A stretch of DNA of 59,945 nt from Tubiluchus corallicola (lineage: Eukaryota; Animalia; Priapulida). The position numbers and the translations under genes are program-made. Shown in pieces: positions 48,538-59,945 of this stretch; within the stretch, counting starts at the first letter, position 1; the number at the start of each line of letters is the position of its first letter. The DNA lies in NCBI GenBank assembly GCA_030141605.1, contig JAQGDQ010001136.1:1-59945 (forward strand). Reading direction: 5' to 3'. The notes beneath the pieces were generated by a model that saw only the letters and a program-made list of their open reading frames with translations, did no database searches and was not told the origin of the DNA.

Positions 48538-49203
48538 AGGACAAGAAAGGAGGTGCCTGAAGTGGGTTTCAGAAAAATCGCCTTAAAAAATTATATTAGT
48601 TTGTAGCAATTTTATGTATACATCGTACTCGAGTTGAAAGGAACTTTTGTTTGTTTTCATTTTAAATCTCCGGCAAAGCTGTTCCGACGGCTCCATTACA
48701 TGACGTCACTACGCAAAGTAAATCAGTGGAAGAAAAGAAAATGTTAAATTATGTTCCAAAAAACTTTCCATGCAAATCTATATTAACTTAGCATTTCGCT
48801 TACCTGCTGGAAAGACTTATACGTAACTAGAAATAATAATTTAAAATGTTTGTGCCAATTGGTAAAATGTCGCTGACTCACCCTCCAGGGTGCACCACTC
48901 ACTAGCCAAAAACGTATTTTTAATCTTATTGACAAGGTACAGTAATTTAAAATTTTATTTACGTAATAACATGTATGCTCTGATTATTTTTTCAAACTTT
49001 ACTTAATGTTATCCAAATTTGTTTTAAACGACCTACCATCAAAATGGCTGCGCCTAACGGTCATCGCGGGAGTTTAAATTTTTAAGTCTTATACAGCGTT
49101 ACTGCCGACTTAAACCCTGCATGCAAAAAGGCAGTATGTAAGTGGTATAAAATTTCAAGACGAATTTTTTAAGCTTTATGTAAGTGGAGGGTGTTCTTGT
49201 GGT
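48538..49203 (+). mobile_element. TTAA-flanked non-autonomous DNA transposon (Kolobok-like) family C, apparently complete copy
   Basis: ttaa|aggacaagaa ... ttcttgtggt|ttaa; multiple homologous copies in the window. Confidence 0.7.
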
Positions 49204-49362
49204 TTAAGACGTAGAAGAAAGTGCATCTTTTCCTTGCCATCTGGTGCTTTTTTGCCAAAATGGCTGTGTAGTCAGCATCTGATATTGAGGAGTTGTCATT
49301 TAACTAAATCATTTCATCGTCATTTGTCTATTGTCTTTTATTTTTTATGTAAAACATAACAG

Positions 49363-49476
49363 ATATCAACGAATGCATATCTCAACCTTGTCAGAATAAT
49401 GGCACCTGTCTTGATGAAGTGAATTACTATACCTGTATTTGTATGCCTGGATACACTGGCTACGATTGCCAGACAG
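49363..49476 (+). CDS. cbEGF exon 23 [38 protein letters not shown]
   Basis: taacag acceptor, G|gtacgt donor, 114 nt; one base different from exon 20. Confidence 0.91.
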
Positions 49477-50271
49477 GTACGTGCATTGAATATTTTTCCT
49501 TTCTTTTTAACCTACATTATCATCCCTGTATTTTGCTACATTTTTCCCTGCACTAAATACTATTGTTCTTTCTACAAATCTGCAATTCTTCTTATGTACA
49601 CAAAAAAATTAGAGAGCAAATATCGATAATATAAAATATGTAAAAGTTTGGTGATAGAAAACAAAGTTTCCACGTTGCACAAAATACGAATTTGCTCGTG
49701 TTCAGTTTAATGACCTAGTAAGTTAGACCGTAGCTCCCAGTAGCGGGTCGTGGCGGTTGGTGGCGGGTCGTGGCTAAAATTAGTGGTTGTTCTGCAAAAT
49801 TAAATTTTTTAGCCATTGTTTTAATACTGTGTAAAACGAGACAAACCATGTGTAATTTTAATGTTGTAATTATAATTTAAACAAACGAACTAATTTATAC
49901 ATAAACTTGATAAACTCCTAAACAAAAAATATTGTTTTCTTACGAATAGCACTGAAGTTAAGACACGCCAAGGCTGGTCAGTGAACAGATGGACGAGCTG
50001 TTAGAAGTCTTTCCACACCAGACTTGCCAGAACCATCTCTACTCTGCCTGTTCTGCATCTCGACTTAGAAAACCAGCCTTTATACTAAGCTATGTTCCAG
50101 TCCCTCCACTAAAATCTCCACAATGTAGGCCCTGGTATTAGTGATCGAATACAGTTTGGTTAGAGCCAAATTAGTTAAAATTCTTTTATGTGGAGGACTA
50201 CACTGTCTACAAGTGGAACTGTAGCAAAGGAACTATAAATAACTTTCAATTAGATTAAAATTTCTTTTCAG

Positions 50272-50385
50272 AAATAAATGAGTGTTTGCCTAATCCCTGC
50301 ACGAATGATGCTACGTGTGTAGATGAGATCAATTCTTACACGTGTTTATGCTTACCTGGCTATACTGGGATGCACTGCGAATCAG
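50272..50385 (+). CDS. cbEGF exon 24 [38 protein letters not shown]
   Basis: tttcag acceptor, G|gtatac donor, 114 nt. Confidence 0.91.
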
Positions 50386-50430
50386 GTATACATGTAATAC
50401 TTTACTGGTAGAAGTAATGGTAGTCGTACC

Positions 50431-50432
<2 letters not shown>

Positions 50433-50496
<64 letters not shown>
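50433..50496. repeat. (TA)n microsatellite
   Basis: Direct reading. Confidence 0.95.
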
Positions 50497-50499
<3 letters not shown>

Positions 50500-51129
50500 A
50501 TTTATTAATTCTTTATTTGTCATTAAAATGGTTCCCTGATTATAATAAAACTGAGTAAGCCTCAGCGTCATGTTAAAATAACAACACTGTTCAAGACAAA
50601 TGCATCCAGTGCTGACTAAAAATTCTAAAGTGCAAAACTAAGGTCTAATTATATACAATAAATGCACATATTTACAAACACAATATCAAAACATATTTAC
50701 AAAACAATATTACAAAAGTACATTAAATTTTTAGCAAAACAGGCTTTACATTACGTAAATTTTATAGTCATTACATTTACACTATTTATACATTTGACAT
50801 AGCAGTAATACTGGTGGTGGTGGCAGTGGTTGCGGTGGTGGTTGGTGGCGGTGGTGGCGCTGGTGGTGGTGGCAGTGATGGTAGTTTTCTTTGAAGTCGT
50901 ATTAAAAGCGTTATTTGTCATAAAGTGAATTGCTGTACTTACAAAAACAACAATTATTCTTAGGGTATTTATATTTAAACACTTTATGATACAAAAATTG
51001 TTTTCTTCAGAGGGACAAGCGAAATTAAAGTGATGACGAGACTTGAATAATATTAATGCTCATATTAGTACACATAATGTTAATGGAGCGCCACCTATTA
51101 TAGTTTTTGTTATAAATCAGTATGATTTC

Positions 51130-51513
51130 TAAGGGTGAGCATTCTCTACCAGAAAGCGAATTCGAATCGAACCGAATTTGTGACTTTCGAATTCGAATCG
51201 AACCGAACTTCAGTGTTTCGAATACGAATTGAGATCCAAAGATTTTCGAACAAGTTTTCGAACCACCAGTAAAAATTAGTCTTACAAAGATCATGCATAT
51301 CACTAGATTTTGTTCTGCAATAAAACGACCAGTAATTTGTTTAAAATTGTGCACAGAAATCACAGCTAAATTATGCTAATTGCATGATGTTTCAATCGTT
51401 TTAGTGATCAAGAACATATGTGATTAAAGTGCTGAATTAGTTTTGGATTCGAATCGAGTTTGAACTAAAAAAACTCGTTCGAATTCGATTCGAACGTTCG
51501 ATGCTCACTCCTA
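51130..51513. mobile_element. hAT-like MITE with TTCGAA-rich subtermini
   Basis: Perfect 8-bp TSD atgatttc (51122-51129, 51514-51521); TIR taagggtgagcat / atgctcactccta. Confidence 0.85.
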
Positions 51514-52514
51514 ATGATTTCATACATCCACACGTGAGAAGTACTTGAAATAGGGGACTTGTTCATTTGTGCTGTATTTAGAAGTGACGGTGAATGCCCC
51601 TGTGAACCATTCTAACAAGTTCCTTAAATGCAGACCAGTCAGAATAAATACCAGTCAGAATTCAACTCGCTCAGTGAGTGAAAGATTAACAGTATAATAA
51701 ACCATTAATTATATCGGGACCATTAGTCCATGCTTTACACTATTTCTGCAAGACTTACTCACAGATATTTCAATAAAATAGCAATAAAACAACTTTAATA
51801 CTGTTGTGGGGATCTGGAATATTCTATAAGATAGTAGAACACTCTTCTTGCCTTGTAGAAGATTCGAGAACTTTCTATACGCGATGCGAGTAGTAGTTTC
51901 TAGATTGTTCCTTTGCACTGATATATAAGGTGGAGCTGGCCGCTGAAGTTTATTCTCTCACATTCTCTTGTACCTCGTATTCTCAGATGCTCAGACACGC
52001 TTTCACGTTTCCAGATTATCACATTTACTGTAAACATTTCGCGTTCCTTCATACTTTTGTGTTGCAGAATGCTCAGACAATAAACCTGTTTAATTTGACG
52101 ACGTGTTTTCTGGTTTTCTCTGCGAGCCTTCCGAGAGAAACAAAACACAACAAGTACGACTCTGAAAATGACACCGATAACGGCTATTTTTTGACTGATC
52201 GCCCGTTCATCACGATATTTCTTTCACGAGTAGAAAAACGCGCAGATACGTGGACGGTGTGGCGTGACAAGGGTCAACCAACCGAAAATTTGGCGAAATT
52301 TCGTACTCTCGCTAAGACTTCAAACAAAGCTAACCCAGTTCTATATATATATATATATGGGAAAAACTAAGTCATAGATCATCAATGGTAAATTGGCTTC
52401 GTCAGTGTCACTGCAGGCGTCAATTGTCACTGTTACATCATTTATAGCAAATCTGCTTCAGGTATCGAAGATTTTAGCTCCATAAATCTAAAATGCTGTA
52501 TTCACATTTTTCAG

Positions 52515-52628
52515 AAATTGACGAATGTAGTTCAGATCCATGCGTCAACAATTCTACTTGCATAAACCATGTCAATTTTTTCACCTGTTTATGTTTACCA
52601 GGATATACAGGTGTTATCTGCGAGACAG
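52515..52628 (+). CDS. cbEGF exon 25 [38 protein letters not shown]
   Basis: tttcag acceptor, G|gtatta donor, 114 nt. Confidence 0.92.
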
Positions 52629-52869
52629 GTATTATTTTAAACACAGATTTTGTTTGCTTTCTTGATCTGATCTGTATTTTTACAGCACACACTGCCTGCG
52701 ATTTTACTTAACTTTACTTATTTTACTTACTTACTTAATTACTTAATTAATTAGGTTAATTACTACTGTGTGACGCCATTTTGTTTCCCTGACTGTGAGT
52801 CTCCATCACTCCTTTTTGTGGCTCTTGCGAGTCCTGTAGACGTTTTCGTTGTGTTTTAGTCAGCAGGTG

Positions 52870-53373
52870 AAATTTACTACATGAGTAAAATAATTGGTAT
52901 AGTGGTTGCATTAGAGTCTGTTTATTATAGTAGTTAAACCTGCTATTTATTGTTGTTTATTGCGTGGCATGTGAGTAGCCACGATGGGCATGGCAAACTG
53001 TCCAGACTTTATTTAATAAACTACGCATTCATTAAATATCAAACACAACACGGTAAATATAAGAAGATAGCAATGCCAGCCCTCCGTCTTCAAGTCAGTT
53101 CCTAATCTCCCCCAAGGTGCGGGCCTCAAAACACTTTTGTCTAACTACCTAATGCAGCGTGAGCTTCTGCGCATAAGGATTACATCATCAATCTTTACTT
53201 CCGAGTCAGCCGGTCGAACATCAGCTGATCACGTGACGCCACACCTAACTAAGCTTCTAACCACGACGATAGTTTAATCTTGCATCGTCAAGAATTTAAT
53301 CTTGAATTAATAATTTAATAATTTAGTCACCAATTTAATCAAAGTCACTATTTAACACAGCTTTCCTTTACTC
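52870..53373 (-). mobile_element. LTR-like repeat family B, copy 2 (inverted)
   Basis: Reverse complement of 21201-21697. Confidence 0.6.
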
Positions 53374-53560
53374 ATGTATTTTGTGACGTCACTGGTTTGT
53401 GAGTGTCCGTCGACCTGTTGCTTTTCATAAAAACTGTATATGAGCAGGGCTATGTTCCATGATGCGCATGGCTGTCGTGCTGACGTCACGCAGCCCTACA
53501 TGTGCATATTACATTATTGACGATAGGGATGATAAATGAGATGACAAAATACCTTCCACA

Positions 53561-53730
53561 GTAAGGTAAGGTAAAGTAAAGTAAAGTAAAAGTAAAGTGA
53601 AGTGAAGTGAAAAGTGAAGTGAAGTGAAGTGAAGTGAAGTGAAGTGACGTGACGTGAAGTGACGTGACGTGACGTGACGTGACGTGACGTGACGTGACGT
53701 GACGTGACGTGACGTGACGTAACGTAAAGT
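53561..53730 (+). repeat. Pentamer gradient GTAAG > GTAAA > GTGAA > GTGAC
   Basis: Direct reading. Confidence 0.9.
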
Positions 53731-53761
53731 ACAAGAGTCTCACAATTCTTTACGAATTCTT

Positions 53762-53953
53762 ATAGAAGCACGTCATATTCTAATACAAGCACGTTATGTC
53801 ACAATAGACGCCCGTTATATTATAGTAGAAGCACGTTATGTTCGAATGCAATCATATTATATTGTAATAGAAGCACGCTATATTGTAATAGAATTAAGTT
53901 ACACTCTAGTAGAATCATGTTATACTGTAATAGAATCACGTTATATTCTAATA
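53762..53953 (+). repeat. Degenerate ~22-bp minisatellite (atagaagcacgttatattcta)
   Basis: Direct reading. Confidence 0.75.
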
Positions 53954-54030
53954 AGACCACCTTTTTATTTCCTTGACAAAATTGGATTTATTACATTAAT
54001 AATCAACAAATTTTGCAAAACTTGCTTTAG

Positions 54031-54144
54031 ATATAGAAGAATGTGATTCGTTTCCATGTCAAAATGGCGGTGCATGCCAGGATGGTGTAAACCAATACAC
54101 CTGCACTTGTCAACCAGGTTACACAGGTGTTAATTGTGAGAAAG
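54031..54144 (+). CDS. cbEGF exon 26 [38 protein letters not shown]
   Basis: ctttag acceptor, G|gtagat donor, 114 nt. Confidence 0.91.
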
Positions 54145-54807
54145 GTAGATGAACATTTTGATGAAATTATCTTAGCTTTTAGTAATTTTGTCTTACTAGA
54201 GATAAACATTTGCTGTTGAAAAAGCAAACTTCTTATTATTTATAACTTCTTCGTGTACAGCGTTTAAATCGTTTAAAAATTTCAACAATAATATTATCAC
54301 TCTGTTATTCATAAGAATATTTGCTTTAAGACAAGAGGTCACCGTGTTTCCGGGCTTAACTGGATCCTCCACATAGCCAAGATGATAGCAGGCAATACTG
54401 CTATATCGCCATAACCCTAACAGTGACAGTGTACTCCTCCCAAACTCCTCCCAACCACTCCCATCTCAAGAAGGGTTTAATATCTCCACCCACATACTAT
54501 ACCGATGAAAGTTTTTTTTATGTTCATAACTGCTACTATCAACAGTAATTAAAGTGAGGCTCGTGGTTTTCCGGAGAAATGGCTAACGCACTTTCTTTTA
54601 ATGATGAAATTAGTTAAAATAAATTCAGCAAATTTAATTAAAGTATTTTAGAAAAGGTTATAATTTTAGAAAACTATTTCGACATTGTTCCCTTAACTTT
54701 TTTATTCTTCTGTGTTTTGTATACATACTACCATCTAACCATTATACATTTTGCTGCTTTTGGAACACATAAATGTCATAGATTATCCCACAATAATTTA
54801 GTTTGGC

Positions 54808-55400
54808 ATATGTACACAAGTACGTATATGTACACAAGTACGCACATGTACACAAGTACGCACATGTACACAAGTACGCACATGTACACAAGTACGCACA
54901 TGTACACAAGTACGCATATGTACACAAGTACGCACATGTACACAAGTACGCACATGTACACAAGTATGCACATGTACACAAGTTTCACACATGTACACAA
55001 GTACGCACATGTACACAAGTACGCACATGTACACAAGTACGCACATGTACACAAGTTTCGCACATGTACACAAGTACGCACATGTACACAAGTGCGCACA
55101 TGTACACAAGTACGCACATGTACACAAGTGCGCACATGTACACAAGTACGCACATGTACACAAGTACACACATGTACACAAGTACGCACATGTACACAAG
55201 TACGCACATGTACACAAGTACACACATGTACACAAGTACGCACATGTACACAAGTATGCACATGTACACAAGTACGCACATGTACACAAGTACGCACATG
55301 TACACAAGTGCGCACGTGTACACAAGTACGCATATGTACACAAGTACGCATATGTACACAAGTACGCACATGTACACAAGTACGCATATGTACACAAGTA
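54808..55400 (+). repeat. 18-bp minisatellite (catgtacacaagtacgca)
   Basis: Direct reading; 6-aa periodic spurious ORFs in all frames. Confidence 0.95.
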
Positions 55401-55452
55401 ATGCCAAACAGAGAAACCTATGAAACACCAACATTCTTCTTCTATTTTTCAG

Positions 55453-55566
55453 AGATCAACGAATGCGCTTCCAATCCGTGTAAAAACAACGCCACCTGTG
55501 TGGATGATGTGAGCTACTATTATTGCCAATGTCTGTTTGGTTATGAAGGACAGTGGTGTGAACACG
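55453..55566 (+). CDS. cbEGF exon 27 EINECASNPCKNNATCVDDVSYYYCQCLFGYEGQWCEH
   Basis: tttcag acceptor, G|gtaaca donor, 114 nt. Confidence 0.91.
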
Positions 55567-56764
55567 GTAACATGGAGCGGTTTTTAATTATAGTTCACAC
55601 TTCAACAAGCACAAGTGTCTTGTCCAGTTTGTCTGTCTGTCTGTAACCCATAACCTCAATAAAAAATGATGAACACTTTGGTACAGGTTGATTTCCTTTA
55701 TTACTGTGCTCAAAAAAAAGAAATGAAGGTGGTGTAGAGGGGGTGGGAGGGTTAGTTTCAACGTATATTGCAGTCTGAGATAGTAAAAGTAAAAAGCAAC
55801 ATTTAGAACTTAATAATTTACTTAGGTTTAACACACTACAACAAAAATTAAATTCAACGTGCTAACCTCACTTTAGGTAAATCGAAAAACCACAAAATAT
55901 AATATGAAGCAAACATACCTTAACAAACTACATTATGAAATTTGAAATCTGAATTTTACCAGCAGACTATGAAACCTGAACTACTACTGCCCAACATACG
56001 ATAGCCAGTACTCCTGTTACACCTCATTAACTCTAGTTAAAACCCAGTAAATGGTATGTAAATAGATAAATAGGTAAATTATTTATTCAGGCAAACAACC
56101 AAAAGATGGCAGCACCTCCCTAAGATACTACCACTTTCTGCTAAGTCTAAGTCTAAAAAAACCTTAATTATGGCGCAACTGCATAACAAAATGCATATTA
56201 TCAAATTATTTCCTTAAAAATACAACAAGTCAGAGACAAAACTCTTCATATAGTGCTAGGCATTTATAAGAACTCTTTACCTTAAAGAAGAAGAAAATGA
56301 ACTTTCTAAAGTCAATCCCAGAAACCTTTGCATGCAAGCTTTTTGGGACTGTTTGAAGAGGACATATGAAATTGAACTTTTTTTAATAACTTAAAGGTTG
56401 GCGTCAGCTGGTAAAACGTCATTGTTTCGCTATCCCAGTATGTACCAAATTACGTCACTGGCACACCAAAAAATATATTATTAACATCATTTGCGGCATA
56501 AAATGATTATTTGCTTTTGTTTGCTTAGTGGAGTTTTTATTTACTTGTTTACCTAGTGAAGTACTTAAGTGCGATATGTAACGTTCTTTCAAGCAACTTA
56601 TGATCAAAATGGCTGCTCCTAGCAGTCATTGTTGGAGTTTAAATTTTATACAGCTTTTCTGTTAAGGCAAGCTCTGTATGCAATAAGGCAGTATGTATGT
56701 GACACAAATTTTCCAGACATTGTCATCCTACCTGTTGAGGTGAAAATTGCAATTTCTTTTTCAG

Positions 56765-56878
56765 AAATTGATGAATGTTTGTCTGGTCCCTGCTACAATG
56801 GTGGCTCTTGCACAGATCTTATAGATGGCTTCTCCTGCTCTTGCTTACCTGGCTTCACTGATGCAAACTGTCTAACAG
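56765..56878 (+). CDS. cbEGF exon 28 [38 protein letters not shown]
   Basis: tttcag acceptor, G|gtaaaa donor, 114 nt. Confidence 0.92.
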
Positions 56879-57889
56879 GTAAAACAAACAATGGTCATTT
56901 TTGCGATTATTTTTTAGCGTTTAGAATTTGAAAAGAAGTAGCGACTCTGAAGTAACGTAAATTGCATATTGGCTTCTAGATTGACTTCCTGTTCTTAGAT
57001 TGACTTCCTGTTCTTAGATTGACTTCCTGTTCCAGAAATCGGCCTAGAAACTAGAAATTGAAACAATAAGTGGATGCACAGGTGCCCAATCCCCACTACT
57101 CTCTAATTATTCTTCTATTTTCTTGCGTTGTTTTAAAATAGCACTGCATTGCCATCTCAGTGTACACCACTAATTATACTTTTAATCGTAAAAGAAGAAG
57201 TTAAAATGGCCATAAATAAATCTCAAAAATTCTTTATTTCTTTCTTCAGAATCTTTCGTTCTCCTCAGACTCCCCAGGCTGCACAAAAAGATGAAAAATT
57301 ACAGATGAAACTACATTTACTTTTCTTTCACTGATTTATGTTGTGTGGATGCGCCCAGTCCAGGCCAAGAAACAGCAAAAATCAGTATTGAACTGCACGA
57401 TAGACCTGCAATTTAAAATAACAGATCAGAAAAAGTGCTTAAGAACGTGCTAAAGGTTATTACTATTTAGACAAAATAAAAAGTTAGATTTAAGAAGACT
57501 GAAACACAAATTATTACTTTATGATTCTAGAGATTTGAAGCAATTCTAACCAATTTAAACTATGAACTAATTATTAAAGTAGATGGTGACTTATATTTAC
57601 TGGTGACAACTTTGGCTTGAAAATACAACTAGTGACAGTTAAATTGTAACAAAATAGACAAAGCAATGCAGGTATCACCAAACGGCATGATCAGCATAGC
57701 GGCAACAGAAAATCTAACTACGTGTAAAAGCAACTGTGATTGATAGGTGGCGTATACTACTAATGCTTAGGTCACATGACTAAGGCTGGCTTCGTTTTAA
57801 ACACTTTCAGGAAATGCATGTTTGTAAAAATACGAAAAGAAAACAAGTAATTATAGAATGCTAGATTAAATGGCTTAACACCAACATTG

Positions 57890-58343
57890 TGCGTATATGA
57901 CGTCACGTAATGGCGCGGTCGGAACAGCACGATATACGCATAAAATTGCTATAAAGTAATATAATTTTAGGCGGACTTTTCTGAAACCTGCTTGAGGTAC
58001 CCATTTTCTTGTATTTTAAGCTTATTTCAAATGACTTATCGTTAACATGATTGTGTCTGACTGTCATAGTGGGAGTTTTATTTACAAGTTTTATACAGCT
58101 GCTAATGCAAGCTCTGTATGCAATCCAGTAACAGCATGTAAGTGATACAAAATTTCAAAACGAATTTTTAAGCTTTAATTATAAAGAGTGTTTTCTTGAG
58201 CTTTAAAGCACAAAAAAGGGGCACCTGAAGTAGGTTTCAGAAAAATCGTCTTAAAAAAATTATATTACTTTACAGCAATTTTATGCGTATATCGAACTCG
58301 TATTAATTTAAATCTCCCGCAATACTGTTCCGACTGCGGCATT
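57890..58343. mobile_element. Cluster of family C fragments; the last (~58205-58343) is cut off by the RTE insertion
   Basis: ggggcacctgaagtaggtttcagaaaaatcg ... aaatctcccgcaatactgttccgac match to family C. Confidence 0.6.
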
Positions 58344-58709
58344 CCTTACCTTAGACCTTAGTCCTTCCTGCGCATTGATGCACATTGGGCAGACAGCATT
58401 TTCCACTGAGTTCTATCGGCGGCTTCGTTCTCTACGTTTTCCCAACGTCTGTTGACAGCTCGAAGGTCTTCTTTGAAGGATCTGCGCCACGTTGTTTTTG
58501 GCCGACCTCTTTTTCGTTTCCCACCAGGTGGTTCCCACTGTACTGCTGTTTTGGCGCAGCGACTTTCTGATAGACGGAGAATATGTCCAGCCAGTTTCAT
58601 TCTTCTCTCTGTAACTATATCTTGTAACCGCAATGACTGCGCTCGTTGAAGAACTTCTACATTGGTGACATGGTCGCGGTAGGAGATTTTTAGTATCTTT
58701 CGAAGGCAT
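58344..58709 (-). mobile_element. 5'-truncated RTE-clade LINE (ORF C-terminus and short repeat tail)
   Basis: CLRKILKISYRDHVTNVEVL...RRMKLAGHILRL...WEPPGGKRKRGRPKTTWRR...AADRTQWK-stop, then an aaggt-like tail. Confidence 0.85.
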
Positions 58710-59945
58710 TTTTGGTTGTTTGCCTGAATAAATAATTTACCTATTTCTTAAGCTGTTTACTGTACTATCTATTTACATACCATTTACTGGGTTTTAACTA
58801 GAGTTAATGAGGTGTAACAGGAGTACTGGCTATCGTATGTTGGGCAGTAGTAGTTCAGGTTTCATAGTCTGCTGGTAAAATTCAGATTTCAAATTTCATA
58901 ATGTAGTTTGTTAAGGTATGTTTGCTTCATATTATATTTTGTGGTTTTTCGATTTACCTAAAGTGAGGTTAGCACGTTGAATTTAATTTTTGTTGTAGTG
59001 TGTTAAACCTAAGTAAATTATTAAGTTCTAAATGTTGCTTTTTACTTTTACTATCTCAGACTGCAATATACGTTGAAACTAACCCTCCCACCCCCTCTAC
59101 ACCACCTTCATTTCTTTTTTTTGAGCACAGTAATAAAGGAAATCAACCTGTACCAAAGTGTTCATCATTTTTTATTGAGGTTATGGGTTACAGACAGACA
59201 GACAGACAGACAAACTGGACAAGACACTTGTGCTTGTTGAAGTGTGAACTATAATTAAAAACCGCTCCATGTTACCGTGTTCACACCACTGTCCTTCATA
59301 ACCAAACAGACATTGGCAATAATAGTAGCTCACATCATCCACACAGGTGGCGTTGTTTTTACACGGATTGGAAGCGCATTCGTTGATCTCTGAAAAATAG
59401 AAGAAGAATGTTGGTGTTTCATAGGTTTCTCTGTTTGGCATTACTTGTGTACATATGCGTACTTGTGTACATATGCGTACTTATGTACATGTGCGTACTT
59501 GTGTACATGTGCGTACTTGTGTACATGTGCGAAACTTGTGTACATGTGCATACTTGTGTACATGTGCGTACTTGTGTACATATGCGTACTTGTGTACATG
59601 CGCGAAACTTGTGTACATGTGCGTACTTGTGTACATGTGCGTACTTGTGTACATATGCGTACTTGTGTACATGTGTGTACTTGTGTACATGTGCGTACTT
59701 GTGTACATGTGCGTACTTGTGTACATATGCGTACTTGTGTACATGTGCGTACTTGTGTACATGTGCGTACTTGTGTACATATGCGTACTTGTGTACATGT
59801 GTGTACTTGTGTACATGTGCGTACTTGTGTACATGTGCGTACTTGTGTACATGTGCGTACTTGTGTACATGTGCGTACTTGTGTACATGTGCGTACTTGT
59901 GTACATATGCGTACTTGTGTACATGTGTGTACTTGTGTACATGTG
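58710..59945 (-). repeat. Inverted duplication of ~54808-56104 (18-bp array, exon 27, 5' part of intron 27); runs off the window end
   Basis: Reverse-complement near identity. Confidence 0.93.
59276..59389 (-). pseudogene. Inverted copy of cbEGF exon 27 with intact splice sites (antisense to host gene)
   Basis: Reverse complement matches 55453-55566; same peptide in ORF 59181..59441. Confidence 0.88.

Larger units (their letters stand above)
247..56878 (+). other. Internal part of a multi-exon gene encoding tandem calcium-binding EGF-like repeats (fibropellin/Notch-like), one EGF per phase 1-1 exon; both ends lie outside the window
   Basis: 27 exons, each bounded by AG and GT (one GC), splice into one open frame of (D/E/N)-x-(D/N/E)-(E/D)-C-x-S-x-P-C-x5-C-x-D-x4-(Y/F)-x-C-x-C-x2-G-(Y/F)-x-G-x2-C repeats. 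Confidence 0.93.

Noticed and set aside
51930-52370. 146-aa ORF with YCKHF (THAP-like)
   Set aside because: No ATG start and the rest of the THAP C2CH pattern is missing; insufficient support.
52766-52790. Primer-binding site (minus strand aaaatggcgtcacac) next to LTR-like family B copy 2
   Set aside because: Match to a tRNA 3' end is too short to verify by eye and no gag/pol sequence follows.
54717-55452. Long MYTSTH / HVHKYA / TCTQVR ORFs
   Set aside because: Product of a stop-free 18-bp repeat open in all frames; only 55453-55566 is a credible exon.
247-56878. Assigning the host gene a symbol such as Notch, crumbs or fibropellin
   Set aside because: Only EGF repeats are visible; no LNR, ankyrin, laminin G, CUB, avidin or transmembrane exon to discriminate.

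Overview
AT-rich, repeat-dense animal (probably invertebrate) genomic DNA. The whole window lies inside one large + strand gene encoding tandem calcium-binding EGF repeats (fibropellin/Notch-like), with one EGF per symmetric phase-1 exon. I find 27 intact exons (26 of 114 nt, one of 117 nt; one uses a GC donor) and one frameshifted EGF exon; no start, stop, signal peptide or transmembrane exon is in the window. Two intronless genes are nested in introns: a same-strand Kelch-propeller ORF (5986-8346) whose N-terminus has 12 acidic 29-aa repeats and four PY motifs instead of BTB/BACK, and an antisense class A GPCR (30776-31654) inside a ~3.7 kb segment that interrupts a 202-bp satellite in register. 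The introns also hold minisatellites built from exon ends plus splice donors, a 5S rRNA-headed retroposon-like chimera, Tc1 and RTE fragments, hAT-like and TTAA-flanked MITEs, LTR-like repeats, and an inverted copy of one EGF exon fused to a 5'-truncated RTE LINE. All calls come from reading the sequence by eye; no database searches were run, and repeat boundaries are approximate.
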